Shown here: one piece after another, positions 33,163 to 43,637 of the stretch
Layout: every line of letters starts with the position of its first letter
Position numbering within the stretch: the stretch's first letter is position 1
Assembly (NCBI GenBank): GCA_035528115.1
Contig: DATKZF010000003.1
Location: 292,651 to 356,650 of the forward strand
DNA: 64,000 bases
Source: Candidatus Bipolaricaulota bacterium
GTDB lineage: Bacteria > Patescibacteriota > Patescibacteriia > UBA11705 > DATKZF01
Direction: 5' to 3'
Translations under genes and position numbers: made by a program
Notes under the pieces: generated by a model
What the model saw: the letters and a program-made list of their open reading frames with translations, nothing else
What the model was told of the DNA's origin: nothing
Database searches by the model: none

Positions 33163-33420
33163 ATGCAAAACCATTTAAAATATTTTGTTTATATAGCACA
33201 AAGTTTAATTAAAGATGATGAATTTTATAAGGGATATTCAGTTGATATTGACGAAAGATTGATTAAGCATAATTTAGGATTATCCAAGCATACTGCAAAA
33301 TATAAACCATGGAAAATTATATTTTATTGCGCTCTTAGCAATAGAGAAAAAGCTATCGCTTTTGAGAAATATCTTAAATCCGGATCAGGAAGGGCTTTTG
33401 CCAAAAAAAGATTCATATAA
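33163..33420 (+). CDS. GIY-YIG nuclease superfamily protein (UPF0213/YhbQ-like, 85 aa)
   Basis: YFVYIAQSL...GYSVDIDERL...KYL.SGSG pattern. Confidence 0.6.
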   Translation: MQNHLKYFVYIAQSLIKDDEFYKGYSVDIDERLIKHNLGLSKHTAKYKPWKIIFYCALSNREKAIAFEKYLKSGSGRAFAKKRFI

Positions 33421-33561
33421 TTTAAATCGCTTGGCGGGTTTACCCCGCTAAAATTTCAACATGCCTACGAGATGGCGGGCCTGCTCCTCGAGTCTGAGCG
33501 ACGAGATCGTCAGACCTCGGAGTCGAAGACCCGCCGAAGCTCGAACATAGTGAGAGCGCAG

Positions 33562-33636
33562 GCGGGTATAGTATAATGGCTATTATGTCAGCCTTCCAAG
33601 CTGAATATACGGGTTCGATTCCCGTTACCCGCTCCA
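33562..33636 (+). tRNA. tRNA-Gly (TCC)
   Basis: Anticodon loop cttccaa. A partial 3' duplicate lies at 33750..33772. Confidence 0.85.
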
Positions 33637-33645
33637 ATAAAAAAA

Positions 33646-33682
33646 TCCCAACGATGTGTTGGAGTTTTTTTATTTAGGAATC
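33646..33682 (+). terminator. Intrinsic terminator
   Basis: tccaac-gatgt-gttgga followed by GTTTTTTTATTT. Confidence 0.65.
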
Positions 33683-33826
33683 GAACCCATACCAAGAGCA
33701 AAACAGATTCCCGCTGCCCTGAGCGAGAGAGGCTTTACCGAACGAGTCGAAGGGTTACCCGCTCCAATAAAAGAACTTCAACATTGCGTTGAAGCTTTTT
33801 TATATCAGTAAAATAATCTCAAAAAT

Positions 33827-34591
33827 TTACGCCACCTCAAAAAACAATCTTAACAGCAACATAAAGCCCAAACCCAGCAAAAAGAAAATAAACGCGAGAA
33901 TCGATTTGCTAAGCTTCAGCTCGCGATTGAGCTCGGGAATCAAATCCGAGGCCGCAATATAGATAAATCCGCCGGCGGTAATGGCCAAAAGCAGCGGCGT
34001 AACGCCCTCAATATGTCTGGCCAAAATCAAACCGATCACAGCGCCAACAACCGCGATAAGCGCGGACATAAAATTGTAAAACAAGGCTCTTGCTTTAGTA
34101 AAACCGCCATAAATTAAAACTCCGAAGTCACTGATCTCCTGCGGAATTTCATGAGTAATAACCGCCAATGTTGTCACCAACCCCAGATGAAAATCAGCCG
34201 CGAAAGAAGCGGCAATCACCAAGCCGTCGATAAAATTATGAAAACCATCGCCGATCAAATTCATATAAGATAACGCTTTTCGATGTCTTTTCTCATCGCA
34301 CTCGCCTTTGCATTTATGATTGTGGTGCCAGTGAAAAACCCTTTCGATGATAAAAAACAACGTGAATCCCGACAAGATGAAAAAGGTTATGGAGATCGCC
34401 GGTTTTTCCGCCAGCGCCTCGGGGATCAGATGAAGCAAAGCCCCGCCCAAAAGCGATCCGGCGGAAAACCCCACCAAAAGCAATAAAATTTTCTCAAGCA
34501 ATTTATCTTTTAACAGCAATGCCAAGATGCCCGCGAACGATAAAAGGCTGACCAAAAAAGTTGCTCCGATTGTCCAAAGAATGATTTGCAT
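33827..34591 (-). CDS. zupT: ZIP-family zinc transporter
   Basis: Multi-TM; HNFIDGLVIA and HEIPQEISDF motifs. Confidence 0.8.
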   Translation of the reverse strand: MQIILWTIGATFLVSLLSFAGILALLLKDKLLEKILLLLVGFSAGSLLGGALLHLIPEALAEKPAISITFFILSGFTLFFIIERVFHWHHNHKCKGECDEKRHRKALSYMNLIGDGFHNFIDGLVIAASFAADFHLGLVTTLAVITHEIPQEISDFGVLIYGGFTKARALFYNFMSALIAVVGAVIGLILARHIEGVTPLLLAITAGGFIYIAASDLIPELNRELKLSKSILAFIFFLLGLGFMLLLRLFFEVA

Positions 34592-34678
34592 ATGCTCTCA
34601 GCATAGCAAAATATCAAGGCGCAATCAAGCGCTCAACGCTTGTTTTAAGCCTCAGGAATTGCTAAAATAATAATGCTC

Positions 34679-34753
34679 GCGGGCGTCGTATAGTGGTTAT
34701 TACATCGGCTTCCCAAGCCGAGAACGGCGGTTCGATTCCGCTCGCCCGCTCCA
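34679..34753 (+). tRNA. tRNA-Gly (CCC)
   Basis: Anticodon loop ttcccaa. Confidence 0.85.
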
Positions 34754-34850
34754 CTCGACTCGGTCTTCGCAAGCTCAGACCTCGCTCGTGGTCTTCGACC
34801 ATTATTGACCGAGGCGAGTGCCCCGAGCATGCCGAGGGGCATTCTCAAAT
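34754..34850 (+). repeat. tRNA 3'-trailer element (class 1) copy
   Basis: CTCGACTCG...CTCGCTCGTGG...CCGAGGCGAGTGCCCCGAG followed by a GC hairpin. Confidence 0.7.
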
Positions 34851-34862
34851 TATAAAACCTAC

Positions 34863-36386
34863 ATGAGCGAAAAAATAAAAAATCTAATTTTAAAAAACAA
34901 AGCGTTAATTTGTCTTTTTTTAATTTACGCGATTTCCACGATATTCTTCGCTTCCCATTACCTGGCCAATTGGGACGCCGGGCAATTCGCTTTGGGAACG
35001 CAAAACTTCAATCTCGAAAATCATCAGCCTCATCCGCCCGGCTATTTTTTATTTATTTTTTGCGCCAAGGGTCTTAATTATTTCATTTCAAATATCAATG
35101 CTTGCTTTTTGGTCATCAATTTTCTGGCCGGATTTTTCGCCTTGATTTTCCTTCATAAATTGACACTGGAAATTTCCAAAAATGAAAAAACATCTTTTAT
35201 AATCGCTCTGCTTTTTATTTTCAATCCTGTTTTCTGGTACTATCGCGATATTGCCAATACCTACGTCTTTGAATCATTGGCCATATTATCGACGGCTTTT
35301 TTCGCTTATGAGTCGATTGTCGGAGAAAAAAACAGATTTGCTTTGTCCGTTGGCATTATTGCCATTTTAATGGGCTTTCGGCCGTCGATTATTTTGGCAG
35401 CCGCGCCCATACTTTTTATCCACTGGATTTTCAGCAAAGATAAAATCAAGAATATTTTTTTGGGCGCGGCTGCCTTTCTAATCATTTTTTCCGCCTGGTT
35501 TATTCCTTTCGCGAAAACAGTCGGTTGGCACAATCTGTCCGCTTTAATCAAAGGACAACTTACGTCAGCTCATGAATCATTTTCTCAAAAATCGCAACTG
35601 ATGTTTTTAATTAAAAGTTTAATTTTTTCCGTGAGCGCTTCTCTTTTAGTCGCGTTCTTTTTCATCAAGAAAAATTTGAATTTCCTCAAAGAAAAAAAAC
35701 TTTTTTATTTTCTGATTTCGCCCGCTTTTTTAATCTTTTTTTACGCGCTCGTTCATTTCGGCGAGGTCGGCTATCTTCTCGGCATAATTTCACTTTTTTC
35801 TTTGTTGATCATCTACCCCGTATCCAAGCTCCTAAACAAATCATGGGGTCTGATTTTATTGATCGCCGTTTTAATCGGACAAATTTGCTGTTTTATTTAC
35901 CCGCAAAAATATTTTCAAAATGAAAAAATCGAAAAAATAAATTATGTCTCGATTCGCGCTCGTGACACTCTTTTGAACAATTATATTTCTTTCATCAAAA
36001 CGCTTGATCCCAAAGAATCCTTGATCCTGATTTTGCGCGGGCAATATTTCAACGCGGAAAATAAAGTCGATAAATACGAAAACGAGGACATTCGAGCTCT
36101 CGGCTATTATCTGCCCGAATACAAGCTTTACGACTTTTCCGGCGTGACGAGCGAATATTCGATTTTGGAAAATTTTGACACTGCCAAATATTTCAGCAAT
36201 GACATTGAAATAAACTCAGGAATTAAAAACTTTTATGTTCTCGCAAATTACGTCAATCCGATCGACTACACGGATGAATTCACGTTATCAGAGCAAAACA
36301 TGCCTGATTCGGCTCTGAATTATTACTTGGGAAACATTGAAAACATTGATGAATTTGAATTTAAGGGATTCTTTTTTACAAAATAA
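34863..36386 (+). CDS. Polytopic membrane protein, GT-C-fold glycosyltransferase-like (PMT/ArnT-like)
   Basis: At least 12 predicted TM helices; family commonly expanded in CPR genomes. Confidence 0.5.
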   Translation: MSEKIKNLILKNKALICLFLIYAISTIFFASHYLANWDAGQFALGTQNFNLENHQPHPPGYFLFIFCAKGLNYFISNINACFLVINFLAGFFALIFLHKLTLEISKNEKTSFIIALLFIFNPVFWYYRDIANTYVFESLAILSTAFFAYESIVGEKNRFALSVGIIAILMGFRPSIILAAAPILFIHWIFSKDKIKNIFLGAAAFLIIFSAWFIPFAKTVGWHNLSALIKGQLTSAHESFSQKSQLMFLIKSLIFSVSASLLVAFFFIKKNLNFLKEKKLFYFLISPAFLIFFYALVHFGEVGYLLGIISLFSLLIIYPVSKLLNKSWGLILLIAVLIGQICCFIYPQKYFQNEKIEKINYVSIRARDTLLNNYISFIKTLDPKESLILILRGQYFNAENKVDKYENEDIRALGYYLPEYKLYDFSGVTSEYSILENFDTAKYFSNDIEINSGIKNFYVLANYVNPIDYTDEFTLSEQNMPDSALNYYLGNIENIDEFEFKGFFFTK

Positions 36387-36457
36387 TATTAAACCCGAAA
36401 AACAGCCGTCAAAAGCGGCTTTTTTGTTTAATTTAAGACAAATTTTAACAGAAAACC

Positions 36458-36486
36458 TTTACAAAATATTAGAATTGTGATATAAT
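36458..36486 (+). promoter_or_regulatory. Promoter TTTACA-17-TATAAT for the island-5 gene
   Basis: Follows the terminator of the preceding gene. Confidence 0.6.
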
Positions 36487-36542
36487 TTTTTGATTGTCCG
36501 AAAAGACTATCAATCGCAACACTGCAACCCTGGAGGAGATCG

Positions 36543-37259
36543 ATGGGAATAAAACGCTTTGTGGCGACGAGTGAGCTCCCTGAGCTCGCGCTCGGGGGAT
36601 GCGGACTCGTGCTCAAGGATCCCGAAGAACTGCCGGCAGAACTCGAGCCGGCCTTGACCTCGACCAAGTTCCTCGGGGTCAACGCCTATAGTAATGGCTC
36701 CCGCCTGCCCTGTCGGTTCCTCAAAGTCGTCAACGAAGGAGCCGGGGACTCCTTCTGGTACAAACTGCCGCAGGGGCTCGAGGAAAACTTCGACTCGTTC
36801 GAGGTCTCCTTGCGCGTGTCCTGCGCGGAGGAGGACCCGGACACCGGCGCCGGGGTTGAGATCCTGTTCGGCAGAGAAAGCGAGAGTCAGTGCTTTCTCT
36901 TCATGAACACCAGGGACCGCTCGTCGTTCCTGCGGTTCGGCAAGCTCCGCATCGCGCGGGGCGTCGAGTTTCCGACACTGTTCATTCGGTGCCGGCGACT
37001 CGTCGGCGGCCAGGTCGTCTTCAAGTACTTCGCGCTCAACGCCGAAGTGAAAGAAGCGGCCGGCCGGCTCGTCGTCTCGTTCGAGCCGATCAGCCTGGCC
37101 GAACTGCCCGAGTCGCTCCGGACCAAGACGTTCTGGACGCCGCGGCCCGAGCACCTCGAGCGCATGCGCGAGGACCTGGCTCTGCGCGAGGAGCAGAGCG
37201 AGTGCTTCCTGCTGCCGCACAAAGTGCGCGTGCAGCTCGTTCACACCCCGGCCGAGTAG
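36543..37259 (+). CDS. Hypothetical protein (238 aa), GC-rich island 5
   Basis: RBS GGAGGAG; about 63% GC; no recognizable domain. Confidence 0.6.
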   Translation: MGIKRFVATSELPELALGGCGLVLKDPEELPAELEPALTSTKFLGVNAYSNGSRLPCRFLKVVNEGAGDSFWYKLPQGLEENFDSFEVSLRVSCAEEDPDTGAGVEILFGRESESQCFLFMNTRDRSSFLRFGKLRIARGVEFPTLFIRCRRLVGGQVVFKYFALNAEVKEAAGRLVVSFEPISLAELPESLRTKTFWTPRPEHLERMREDLALREEQSECFLLPHKVRVQLVHTPAE

Positions 37260-37274
37260 AGGCAGAGGATTCTT

Positions 37275-37316
37275 GGCGGCGGAAAGATCGAGATCTTTCC
37301 GCCGCCTTTTGATTTT
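37275..37316 (+). terminator. Intrinsic terminator of the island-5 gene
   Basis: ggcggcggaaagatcgagatctttccgccgcc followed by TTTTGATTTT. Confidence 0.75.
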
Positions 37317-37370
37317 AAAAGCATGGAAAAAAAATCCATGCTTATTTATATCAAATTAAATTCAGGCTTG

Positions 37371-40300
37371 CTATTTCGCTTCTATTTTCTCCGCTTCTTT
37401 CAGATCAATGGATAACACTCGCGACACGCCGTCATCGCCCATGGAAACGCCATACAAAATATCGGCCGAGTGCATGACTACGCGATTGTGAGTGATGACC
37501 AAAAACTGCGTTTTATAAGACAACTCATTAATGATATTGGCAAAGCGCTCGGAATTGGCCTCATCGAGAGCGGCATCGACTTCATCCATGACCACGAACG
37601 GCGAGGGATTGCTGTCTATGATGGCGCACAGCAAGGCGATCGAAGTCATGGTGCGCTCGCCGCCCGAGAGCGCCGTGATATGAACAATCTTTTTATTGGG
37701 CGGAGAGACCATGATGTCTATACCTTGATTTACCGGTTTGTATTTTTTATCAAAATATTCCTTTTCAACCGGCTCTTCGACGACTTGGCCTTCAATCTGC
37801 GGAATTTTTTCGTCCTTTGAGCTTTCTTCCGACTGAACCAAGCTCAGCTTGGCCTTGCCGCCTTGAAAAATTTTCTGAAAATATTCGCTGAAAGATTTAT
37901 TGATTTTTTTAAATGAAGATTCGAATTGTCCTCTGATCACTTTATCGAGTTCGATGATTATTTGTTCCAAATCGGCGATGGCTTTTTCCAAATCCTTCAG
38001 CTGGCCGCTCAAAAACTCATATCTTTCTTTGACTTCGCTGTATTCGCCGACTATTTCCGGATCAATACCGCCGATCAAATCCAAATCATGTTTTATCTTG
38101 CCGATTTCATGCCACAATTGATCGATATTGAGCTGACCCTTGGGCTCAGGCAGATTATCAGGATTTATACTATCTCCCAGCTCCTGCCCGATTTCCCGCG
38201 ACAAATCCTCGGCCTTGGCTTCCAGCTTGGCCAGCATGATTTTCGCTTGATTTACTTTGTCCGTTATTTCATTGACTTCCGCCTGCTTTTTTTGCATTTC
38301 TTCTTGCAGTTTGAAAACCTGCGCGGTCTTTTTTTCTTCTTCGAGATTGAACCTGTCCATTTTTTCTTTGCTGACCAAAATCTTTTTCTCCAAAGACTGC
38401 AAACGATCTTCCAATTCTTTCTTTTGCCTGCTGACTTCAACCAAAAACTTGGGCTGATCTTTTGGAGACAGTTTGTTTTCTTCAAGCTCCATGACCACTT
38501 TTCTTTTTTCCACCGAAAGTCCGCCCAAATCGTTTTTCAAACCTTTTTCCTTGGTGTCATTGACTTCAATATTAACTTTCAAGTCGTTTATCTCATTGAT
38601 TAGAATTTCTTTTTCTCTCGACGAATTGTTTAATTTGTTTTTCAGGGTTTCTATTTCCTGCATTTTCGTTTCCTGCGAAATTTCAGCAATGGCGGCTTTG
38701 GCGCCGAATGAAAACACGGCTTCGCGGATTCGCCGAAAACCGCCGCGGATCGAACCGGCTTTTTCCACCAAATCTCCATCCAAAGTCACCATTCTGACCG
38801 CGCCGAATCCGATGGATTTGGCCGAATTCATTTCATCGACCACGATGGTGTCGCCCAAAACGTATGAAAAAATCTTTTTAAATTGGGGATCGAAAGACAC
38901 CAAGTCGATCGCTTTCGCTATGGCGCCTCTCTCCGCCAAAATATTTTTATGATCCGATCTTGACTCAAAAGGATTGATTTTGGTCAGCGGCAAAAAAGTG
39001 GCGATGCCCAACCTGTTTTCTTTCAAATAATTTATGCACCTGATGGCCGCGTCCTCGTCTTTGACCACGATCGAGCCGAGCCGACCGCCGGACGCCGCTT
39101 CCAAAGCGATCTGATATTTTTCATCGACTTTGCCCAGCTGGCTGACGCTGCCGAAAATACCCTTGAGATGATTTTGCTGACGCAAAATCGCGGCCACGGC
39201 CTGCTGATTGGAGGAAAAGCCCTGGCCGCCGCGGCCTTTGATTTTCGCCAAATCGTTTTGCGCCGCCTCCAAATTATTGGAAAAAAGCGTAATATTTTTC
39301 AATACCTCTTGATAGCAGTCTTGCTTTTCCGCCAGCATGCCTCGCTGATGCTCCAGCTTGGTCTGCAAATGAGACAAAGACTCGGACACTTCATTGATTC
39401 GAGACAAAACTTCTTCCTTTTTTTCTTCCATCCAGGAAATGTTTTGTTTGCCGAGTTTGGAATATTCCAAATTCGACTTGCCTTTTAAAACGGTCAAGTC
39501 TCCCAGCATCTGATTTTTTTCAGCCTGAAGCTTGTTGTATTCTTTTTGCAAATTATAAAACAGATCTTTTCTTGATTCCTGACGGGCCAGCTCAGCCAAT
39601 TGGCGCTGCAACTCACCCAATTCGGCCGCGGCTTCGGCTCTGACTTTTTCCTGAACCTGATATTCGCGATTATAATTTTTTCTTTTGCCCGAAAGATCCT
39701 TCCATAAATAGCCGTAATATTTTTCCTGCAAATCCTTGAGCGCCGCTTCCAATTCTTTTCTTTTTTCCAACTTTTTAACCTGCCGAGTCAAGGATTTCAG
39801 TCGCGGCTCCAGTTCGGCCAAAATGCCGTTTGATTGATCCAAGTTTTCCCTGGATCTCCGCAACTTATTGACCGATTGATCTCTTTTTATTTGATACTGC
39901 TTGATGCCCGTGGCTTCGTCGAAAAATTCTTTGCGCTCGGTCGGGGAAATATTGATCACGTAATCAACCATGCCTTGGCCGATGATGCTGTATGACTTTT
40001 GGCCGAAATTCGCTTTGGCCAAAAGCATTAAAATATCGAAAAGCCTGACTTTGTTTTTATTGATCAAGTATTCGCCTTCGCCGTCCCGATAAACTCGGCG
40101 AGTGATGGCCACTTCCGAATAATCAATGGGCAATTTTTTGTCTTCGTTGTTCAAAAAAAGAGAAACCTCGGCAAAACCCTGCCTGGCCAGACTCGGCGAA
40201 CCGGAAAAAATAACGTCTTCGGATTTTTTGCCGCGAAGCAATTTCAAACTTTGCTCGCCCAAAACCCAGCGCACAGCGTCGGAGATGTTGGATTTGCCAG

Positions 40301-40430
40301 AACCGTTCGGCCCGACAATGGCCGTGACACTGTTGGCCGCTTTGTCTTTGTGCGATTTTTCCGGAAATTCCAAGACCGTCTTTTTGGCGAACGATTTAAA
40401 TCCTTGGATTTCTATTTTTGATAAATACAT
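37371..40430 (-). CDS. smc: Chromosome segregation protein SMC
   Basis: N-terminal GPNGSGKSN, long coiled coils, C-terminal LSGGE...DEVDAALD. Confidence 0.9.
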   Translation of the reverse strand: MYLSKIEIQGFKSFAKKTVLEFPEKSHKDKAANSVTAIVGPNGSGKSNISDAVRWVLGEQSLKLLRGKKSEDVIFSGSPSLARQGFAEVSLFLNNEDKKLPIDYSEVAITRRVYRDGEGEYLINKNKVRLFDILMLLAKANFGQKSYSIIGQGMVDYVINISPTERKEFFDEATGIKQYQIKRDQSVNKLRRSRENLDQSNGILAELEPRLKSLTRQVKKLEKRKELEAALKDLQEKYYGYLWKDLSGKRKNYNREYQVQEKVRAEAAAELGELQRQLAELARQESRKDLFYNLQKEYNKLQAEKNQMLGDLTVLKGKSNLEYSKLGKQNISWMEEKKEEVLSRINEVSESLSHLQTKLEHQRGMLAEKQDCYQEVLKNITLFSNNLEAAQNDLAKIKGRGGQGFSSNQQAVAAILRQQNHLKGIFGSVSQLGKVDEKYQIALEAASGGRLGSIVVKDEDAAIRCINYLKENRLGIATFLPLTKINPFESRSDHKNILAERGAIAKAIDLVSFDPQFKKIFSYVLGDTIVVDEMNSAKSIGFGAVRMVTLDGDLVEKAGSIRGGFRRIREAVFSFGAKAAIAEISQETKMQEIETLKNKLNNSSREKEILINEINDLKVNIEVNDTKEKGLKNDLGGLSVEKRKVVMELEENKLSPKDQPKFLVEVSRQKKELEDRLQSLEKKILVSKEKMDRFNLEEEKKTAQVFKLQEEMQKKQAEVNEITDKVNQAKIMLAKLEAKAEDLSREIGQELGDSINPDNLPEPKGQLNIDQLWHEIGKIKHDLDLIGGIDPEIVGEYSEVKERYEFLSGQLKDLEKAIADLEQIIIELDKVIRGQFESSFKKINKSFSEYFQKIFQGGKAKLSLVQSEESSKDEKIPQIEGQVVEEPVEKEYFDKKYKPVNQGIDIMVSPPNKKIVHITALSGGERTMTSIALLCAIIDSNPSPFVVMDEVDAALDEANSERFANIINELSYKTQFLVITHNRVVMHSADILYGVSMGDDGVSRVLSIDLKEAEKIEAK

Positions 40431-40439
40431 GTTTTTGAG

Positions 40440-40680
40440 ATTACGATATGTCCTGGGTCATGGATCACGTAACAATGAAGCATCGTTACTAATTACATTC
40501 ACTAAAAAGCTCTTTATTTGTATTGTTACAAATTACATTCATCAATGGCTTTAAACCTGAGAATCTTGTAATTAGTAACAAATTACCTAAAAGCTAAATA
40601 GTCGATTGTAATTCGTAACAGAAAGCTAAATAGAATCTTGTAATTCGTAACAAACCAATTATACAATTAATATTATAGCC
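40440..40680. repeat. Repeat region A of the TTGTAATTCGTAACA family, with about 2.5 tandem ~36-bp units
   Basis: Imperfect inverted copy of 56380..56600; tandem units aaagctaaatag..cttgtaattcgtaaca. Confidence 0.7.
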
Positions 40681-40757
40681 CATTTCAAACCTCCGAACAA
40701 GCCCGCCATGTAGATATTTTCAAACAAAAAAGAGGCGGAAATGGCCTCTTCTTCAAA

Positions 40758-43574
40758 TTATCTCAAGGTTATTGGAATTGCGCTGGTCGCGTGAGTCTGC
40801 CCCGCTTTATCAATGATTTGCGCGCTGATGGCATAGCTGCCCGAGCCGGGAAAATCAGTCCAGGAGACAAAAACCGTCTTCGAATCCGGATTTTGAACGG
40901 AACCGATTTCGGTCGAATCGTAAAAAAACTTCACTTCCTTGGTTTGACTCAAATCGGTCAACCGCCCCTTCACCACCAAAGGGAAATTATCAATCGAATA
41001 ATCGCCGCCCACCGCCGGGAACATCCAGGTCATGCTCGGAGCCGGCCGATCGGCTTTAATATTTATGTCAATCGATGTCTCGGCGAAATTATCAACGTCA
41101 TCGTAGGCGATCGCTTTCAAATTATGGTAACCGTTGACCGTATCGGATTTAATTTGATAATAAAGAGAATAAGGAGCGCTGCCGGCCGTAAAGATATAAT
41201 CGTTGTCCAAATAATATTCAACCCGGCGAATCCCGCGCGGAGCGTTGGCGAAAATCTGAGCCGATAAATTCAAATCCGTTATATCTTGCCCGCTTTGCGG
41301 CGAAGTGAATCTGACGGTCGGCTTTAATTCCGGCAAATGAACATCATCATATTCCGTGGGAGCTTTGGCGAATTCCAATTCTTTGCCCTCGGCCTTGGCT
41401 TTCTCGGAGGCTTTATCAAGCCAAGCCTGCACCGCCGCTTCCCAATTTTTATATTCGGGATCGAAATTATTTTCCGTCGGCGCCGAGCCCAACGGATCTT
41501 CTTTTCTGATATAATGCAAAATATTGTGAACTTCCATGAAGGTTTTTTCTTCAATGGCTGAAGCGGGCGTGTATTCCGTGGCCAACTTGCCGCTGAACTT
41601 ATCTATTTTTTCCGTTTTTTCCGCGGTATAACTGCCGTTTAAAATCGCTTTATCCGTTTTCGGTTTGTTGTAGCCCGCGAAACTCTCCATGGGCAAATCT
41701 TTGACCGCTTCCGCCATATAAGCGTGCCAGATCGGCGCTGCCACAACGCCGCCGGCCGCGCCTCTTTTCATTTCGCTGTTATCATTATTGCCCACCCAGA
41801 CGCCGGCCACCAAATTGGGCGTGTAGCCCATGGTCCAAGCATCGCGATAATCATTGGTGGTGCCGGTTTTGGCCGCGACGGGCCGGCCGCCCAAAGTCAA
41901 CGGATTTTGAGTTCCGAAAACGTATGCTCGCGCTTCATTGTCAGACAAAACACTGCTGATCATGCGCGAAATATTGGGATCGATCACGTCTCTGGGATCG
42001 GGATCTTCGAATTCCTCGATCAATTGACCGCCATTATCCTCTATTCTTAAAATCGCGACTGACGGCACGTATTTCCCCTCGTTGGCGTAAACCGCGTAGG
42101 CGTTGGCGTGTTCCAATAATTCGACTTCGCCGCCACCCAAAACGAGCGCCAAGCCGAAACGGCTGCGATCCTGAAATGAAGTATAACCGAATTTTTCCAA
42201 TAAATTTATAACATTGTCCACGCCGGACAAATACAGCGCTTTGACCGCCGTAGTATTGAGCGAGCCGGCCAAAGCCTTTCTGATGCTGACCGGACCTCTT
42301 TCGGCATTGTCATAATTGTGCGGAGTGTACGGCTTGCCGCCGGTGCTGAAAGTGGTCACTACGTCGAATAAAATGCTTTCCGGAGAAAATCCTTTTTCAA
42401 ACAAGGCGGAATAAACCATTGGCTTAAGCGATGAACCGGGCTGCCGAGGCCTGGTGGTCACATTAACTTGGCCATCAATGGAATCGTCAAAAAAATCTTT
42501 GGAACCGACCATGGCCAGAATCTGTCCTGTTTTCGGATCCAAAGAAATCAAGGCGGCATTGGAAAAACCGTATTGCTCGCCTCTGGCCTCCACGCCTTCG
42601 GTCACCGCTTTTTCCGCTATCAGCTGTTTGTCCAAATCCAAGGTGGTGATGACTTTTAAACCCTCTTCCAATGTTTTCTCTCCGTATTTTTCAGACAATA
42701 ATTCTTTGACATACATGACAAAGTGCGGCGCGATGATGCTTTCCGATTTTTGTTGAAAAGAAATCTCCTCTTTTTTGGCTTCATCGGCCTGCTCTTGAGT
42801 GATGTAACCCTGTTCGGCCATCTTATCCAAAACAAAATGCTGGCGATTGATCAATTCATCTTGATTGCTGCCGTAAGGCGAATAATAGCTCGGGCGTTGC
42901 GGCAATGAGGCCAAAAGAGCGCTCTCGGCCAATGTCAAATCCCGGACATCTCTGCCCAAAAAAGTCTGAGAAGCCGCGGCGATGCCGTAAGACACCGACC
43001 CGTAAGGAATTTCATTCAAATACATTTGCAATATCTGGTCCTTGGTAAATTTCTTTTCCATCTGATAAGACAAAATCAATTCTTTTATTTTTCTGGTGTA
43101 AGTTTTTTCCGAAGTCAAAATCGCGTTTTTCACGAATTGCTGAGTAATGGTCGAGCCTCCGCCGCGCGAACCGCCGAAAATCACCGCGCGCAAAACTCCG
43201 GTATAACTGAATCCGTGATGCTTATAAAAATCTTTGTCTTCAACGGCTATCGTGGCCCATTTGACCGTGTCCGGTATCTCTTCGATCGGCACCAAAGTTC
43301 TTTTCTCTTCGCCATGAACTTCATACAAAACGGTCTGGCCGGTGCGGTCGTAAATTTTCGTGCTTTGAGCGATGTCTCGCTCCATTATTTTGTTCGGATC
43401 GGGCAAGTCGCGCGAAAACCAGGCGAAAGCGCCGATTAAACAAATCACGCCGATAACAAAGCAAAAAATGCCGGCCAAAATCAATCGGCGAAGCCATAAT
43501 TTATAATCGAATTTGCCTCTTTTTTTCGGCTGGCGGTCCAGCGTGCTTTTAGATTTGATATAAGGAATCGGCAT
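40758..43574 (-). CDS. Bifunctional class A penicillin-binding protein (PBP1A-type) with a C-terminal beta-rich extension
   Basis: Transglycosylase GSTITQQ motif; transpeptidase SxxK and KTGTT motifs. Confidence 0.88.
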   Translation of the reverse strand: MPIPYIKSKSTLDRQPKKRGKFDYKLWLRRLILAGIFCFVIGVICLIGAFAWFSRDLPDPNKIMERDIAQSTKIYDRTGQTVLYEVHGEEKRTLVPIEEIPDTVKWATIAVEDKDFYKHHGFSYTGVLRAVIFGGSRGGGSTITQQFVKNAILTSEKTYTRKIKELILSYQMEKKFTKDQILQMYLNEIPYGSVSYGIAAASQTFLGRDVRDLTLAESALLASLPQRPSYYSPYGSNQDELINRQHFVLDKMAEQGYITQEQADEAKKEEISFQQKSESIIAPHFVMYVKELLSEKYGEKTLEEGLKVITTLDLDKQLIAEKAVTEGVEARGEQYGFSNAALISLDPKTGQILAMVGSKDFFDDSIDGQVNVTTRPRQPGSSLKPMVYSALFEKGFSPESILFDVVTTFSTGGKPYTPHNYDNAERGPVSIRKALAGSLNTTAVKALYLSGVDNVINLLEKFGYTSFQDRSRFGLALVLGGGEVELLEHANAYAVYANEGKYVPSVAILRIEDNGGQLIEEFEDPDPRDVIDPNISRMISSVLSDNEARAYVFGTQNPLTLGGRPVAAKTGTTNDYRDAWTMGYTPNLVAGVWVGNNDNSEMKRGAAGGVVAAPIWHAYMAEAVKDLPMESFAGYNKPKTDKAILNGSYTAEKTEKIDKFSGKLATEYTPASAIEEKTFMEVHNILHYIRKEDPLGSAPTENNFDPEYKNWEAAVQAWLDKASEKAKAEGKELEFAKAPTEYDDVHLPELKPTVRFTSPQSGQDITDLNLSAQIFANAPRGIRRVEYYLDNDYIFTAGSAPYSLYYQIKSDTVNGYHNLKAIAYDDVDNFAETSIDINIKADRPAPSMTWMFPAVGGDYSIDNFPLVVKGRLTDLSQTKEVKFFYDSTEIGSVQNPDSKTVFVSWTDFPGSGSYAISAQIIDKAGQTHATSAIPITLR

Positions 43575-43637
43575 AATATTTAAGTTAAATTTACCGCAAT
43601 TTACAGTTTAGCAATATTCGTCAAATTTGCAAATCAA

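Noticed and set aside
33440-33637. 65-aa minus ORF
   Set aside because: Antisense of tRNA-Gly(TCC).
34645-34848. 67-aa minus ORF
   Set aside because: Antisense of tRNA-Gly(CCC) and its trailer element.
36510-37244. 244-aa minus ORF and the 36887..37312 ORFs
   Set aside because: Antisense or alternative frames of the GC-rich gene 36543..37259; long open frames are common in high-GC DNA. The plus frame has the RBS, promoter and terminator.
40590-40668. Possible CRISPR-like or parS array upstream of smc
   Set aside because: Only about 2.5 units with non-uniform spacers, and the units match a dispersed repeat family. The units are not palindromic like parS. Kept as an iteron-like repeat only.
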